Positions 15,260 through 17,729 of a DNA stretch of 17,729 nt are shown in pieces. The stretch is from Myxococcota bacterium (GTDB lineage Bacteria; Myxococcota; JACRCW01): positions 1 to 17,729 of the forward strand of contig JBFMGU010000216.1 in NCBI GenBank assembly GCA_040752415.1, written 5' to 3'. Both the position numbers and the translations under genes were made by a program. Below the pieces are notes generated by a model, which saw only the letters and a program-made list of their open reading frames with translations, was not told where the DNA came from and searched no databases. Position 1 is the stretch's first letter, and every line of letters starts with the position of its first letter.

Positions 15260-15839
15260 CCGCGAGCCGGAAGCGCTCCCCGTGGTTGTCGTCGTGGTGC
15301 TCCTGCGAGCGGGTGGCGCGCGTCCAGTTGATGAACCACAGCTCCACCCCGGTGGCGCGCAGGGGAATGTCCACGCTGAAGGGCGCCGGCCGCACCTGGT
15401 TCGTGGGACGACCGCGCATGGTCTCGAACTCGAGCGCGGGACGCCTGGTCTCCTCGCCTTGCGGCAGGAAGCGCACGTGACCGGTCACGCCCCACACCGG
15501 CAACCCGCCCTCGGCCGCGCGCAGCGGCGCACGTTGCGGGTGGTATTCCACTGTGAGGCGGCCTCCCTGGCGCAATTCTCCGTCGACAACCGGCCCACCT
15601 TCCGCACCAAAGCGCACCGAGGCATGCGCGGTGACGGCAAGACGCGTGGGCACGGTGGTGGTGCCACTGATGGCGCGGTCGAAGCTGTCCGCGGCGAGGT
15701 TGGGACGGTTGCTGGCGGTGTCGGCGGGCTTGGCGCCCTGTCCTTTGCGCGCTCCTTCGGCCCTGGGCTTCTCGCGCGCACGCGCGGTCTGGGTCTGGGG
15801 TGCGGCGGGACGCGGCGGAGGACGGGAGATTTCGGTCAT
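15228..15839 (-). CDS. DUF6209-like small beta-sandwich protein with a disordered N-terminus
   Basis: RBS GGAGG before ATG 15839. The pattern GGRLTVEYHPQR...WGVTGHVRF...IP..ATGVELWF.N...DDNHGERFRLAV matches my recollection of myxobacterial DUF6209 proteins. Overlaps the convergent hydrolase gene by 32 bp. Confidence 0.65.
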   Translation of the reverse strand: MTEISRPPPRPAAPQTQTARAREKPRAEGARKGQGAKPADTASNRPNLAADSFDRAISGTTTVPTRLAVTAHASVRFGAEGGPVVDGELRQGGRLTVEYHPQRAPLRAAEGGLPVWGVTGHVRFLPQGEETRRPALEFETMRGRPTNQVRPAPFSVDIPLRATGVELWFINWTRATRSQEHHDDNHGERFRLAVKPAEKTAGP

Positions 15840-15915
15840 CGTCGTCCTCCGCGAGAGAAAACGCGCCGTCCGTCCAGGCGCCGGTTAGCATGCATAGCAT
15901 TTCGGGAACCGGGGG

Positions 15916-17535
15916 ATGAACGGTGTCACCGTGATCACGCGCGTTGTCCTTTGCTCTGCAGCATTCCTCCTCGCCGGTTGTTCTCCTCCCTCCTCCGCCA
16001 CCGACGCCGGCACCGCTGCTCTGGACGCCACCAACGCGGTGGACGGCGGTGTTGGCCAACCGGACTCCGGCACGCTTCCCGACGCAGGAACGCCCTTCCA
16101 CGACGGCGGCATCGACGGTGGAAGCACCGACGCGGGCACCCCGGAGACCGACGCCGGAACGCTGGGCACCTACGCCGACCTGGAGCAGACCCTCTGCCAG
16201 GACATCCCCGCGTTCATCTGTGAGTCGGCCACCAACTGCGGATGCATCGTACCCAGCGGTGACGTCGTGGATGCCACCACCTGCACCACCCAGCGTCGTG
16301 AGCAGTGCGTGCAGCAGCTCCAGGTCTTCCAGCAGCCCATTGCCGACGGGCTGGTGGTGGTGCTCAAGGACCGGCTGGCGCAGTGCCTGGCGCGTTACCA
16401 CACCGTGATTGGCACCTGTGAGGCGCCGCTCTCTCCGCTGCTGATCGCGGAGTGCGACCCGGTGGTGTCGACGACGGTGCGCCTGGGTGAATCCTGCACC
16501 GAGCCCATCTGCGACTTCGGGCGCGGCTACTGCGACAACAACGGTATCTGCCAACCGGTCCCCGGCCCCGGTGGGTCGTGCACGCGTTTGTGCCAGGTGG
16601 GCTCGTGGTGTCGTGAGGGTACGTGCACCGCGTTCGTGGCGGAGAACGGAGCCTGCACGACGAGGGAAGACTGCGCGCCGCCGCTCCAGTGCCTCAACAA
16701 CACGTGCACGTCGCTGGTGACGGAGAACGGCGCGTGCACCGACACCGCGCAATGCGCCGCGGGCCTGGAGTGCAGCAACAATGTGTGCACCGCGCCGGGC
16801 GCATGCTCCACGCACGGGCAGACGTGCGCCAACCTGGCCAGCTGCGCGGTGCCCGTCGACCGTCGCTGCGCGACGAGGGAGCCGGAGGGCGCCGCGTGCC
16901 AGCAGAACAGCGACTGCGCCGACGGCCTCTACTGCGACAACGTCACCACGACGTGCACCACGCTCCCCGGCGGCGGCTCAGCGTGCGGAAACGGGGTGAG
17001 CTGCGCGGCGGGACTCGGGTGCCATGAGCAGAGCACCACGTGCGAGACGTTGCCCGGCGACGGCGCGAGCTGCGCGCTGGGACCGGAGGGACCCTTCCTC
17101 TGCGCCGCGGGCCTGGGCTGCCTCAACGGAGTGTGCGGACCGCTGCCGGTGCAGGGCGAGGAGTGCGCCATCCCGAACACGTGCGCGCCGGAGTACGCGT
17201 GTGACTTCACGCCGGAAGGGAGCGTGTGCGCTACCCGTCGTGGCGACGGCGCAGCGTGCCAGAACGACCAGATCTGCGAGAGCGGCTTGTTCTGCGACTA
17301 CGCGGGCAACAGCACGTGCACGCCAGCGCGGCCCACCGGCGCGGCCTGCTCGTCGGGAAACGAGTGTGGATCGGACGCGGTGTGCCTCCCCGGCGGGAGC
17401 GGCTACCAGTGCGCGCCGATGCCACAGCAGGGAGAGTCATGCCTGTTTGACTGTGCGGCCGGACTCTATTGCCGCGCGAACCTGGGCGAAGGCCGGTGCG
17501 TCCCGGAACTGTGCTCGGCGGTGACGGGGAGCTGA
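15916..17535 (+). CDS. Cys-rich repeat lipoprotein (EB/Dickkopf-like disulfide modules) with DAG stalk
   Basis: Lipobox LAGC; DAG/DGG stalk; helical Cys domain followed by many GxxC...C...GLxC...C units, e.g. the duplicated CTxxVxENGACTxxxxC. Confidence 0.85.
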   Translation: MNGVTVITRVVLCSAAFLLAGCSPPSSATDAGTAALDATNAVDGGVGQPDSGTLPDAGTPFHDGGIDGGSTDAGTPETDAGTLGTYADLEQTLCQDIPAFICESATNCGCIVPSGDVVDATTCTTQRREQCVQQLQVFQQPIADGLVVVLKDRLAQCLARYHTVIGTCEAPLSPLLIAECDPVVSTTVRLGESCTEPICDFGRGYCDNNGICQPVPGPGGSCTRLCQVGSWCREGTCTAFVAENGACTTREDCAPPLQCLNNTCTSLVTENGACTDTAQCAAGLECSNNVCTAPGACSTHGQTCANLASCAVPVDRRCATREPEGAACQQNSDCADGLYCDNVTTTCTTLPGGGSACGNGVSCAAGLGCHEQSTTCETLPGDGASCALGPEGPFLCAAGLGCLNGVCGPLPVQGEECAIPNTCAPEYACDFTPEGSVCATRRGDGAACQNDQICESGLFCDYAGNSTCTPARPTGAACSSGNECGSDAVCLPGGSGYQCAPMPQQGESCLFDCAAGLYCRANLGEGRCVPELCSAVTGS

Positions 17536-17729
17536 CGGCTTTCCACCCTTCCCGCCCAGAATCGAGGGGCTGCGCCAGGACAAATTGCCCATCGGGTCGT
17601 GACACCCTCAAGCGGACCACAACCTGGAGTGCGGCGGGCCCTCGCCGCTTTGGACAAGTGCTCCAAAAACCGTCCTGGCTGTCGGCCGAGGCGGGTCCCG
17701 GGTCCCTTGTCGTCGTTGGCCTGGCTTGG

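Noticed and set aside
15115..16815. 566-aa - strand ORF, and the 480-aa - strand ORF at 13736-15178
   Set aside because: They overlap better-supported genes and have shadow-like composition with no recognisable motifs.
17649..17667. Dyad TTTGGA-N7-TCCAAA downstream of the last CDS
   Set aside because: Could be an operator or weak hairpin, but it is a single short instance near the window edge with no context to support a call.

Overview
GC-rich bacterial window, most likely Myxococcota (PDAG/DAG low-complexity stalks, MYXO-CTERM-like tails, Cys-rich lipoproteins). From left to right: (1) a 5'-truncated PL7 alginate lyase (+); (2) a complete, tightly coupled clade II nitrous-oxide reductase operon on the - strand, nosZ-cytochrome c (nosC)-nosB-nosD-nosF-nosL-nosY (814-7528), with no nosG/nosH/nosR in the window and an unusual Cys4 tail on NosB; (3) a two-gene - strand unit encoding a small Cys/Ser-rich lipoprotein and a 1177-aa secreted, modular, phage-tail-fibre-like protein with nested repeats and an N-terminal domain resembling the base of Bdellovibrio MAT (mosaic adhesive trimer) fibres; (4) two + strand surface hydrolases with MYXO-CTERM-like tails (phosphodiester glycosidase family; PHP/CehA-McbA-like metallohydrolase); (5) a DUF6209-like protein (-) and a large Cys-rich lipoprotein (+). 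The best candidates for undescribed biology are the lipoprotein + fibre pair and the minimal nos cluster with its Cys-tailed NosB. Family assignments come from motif recognition by eye; no database searches were run.
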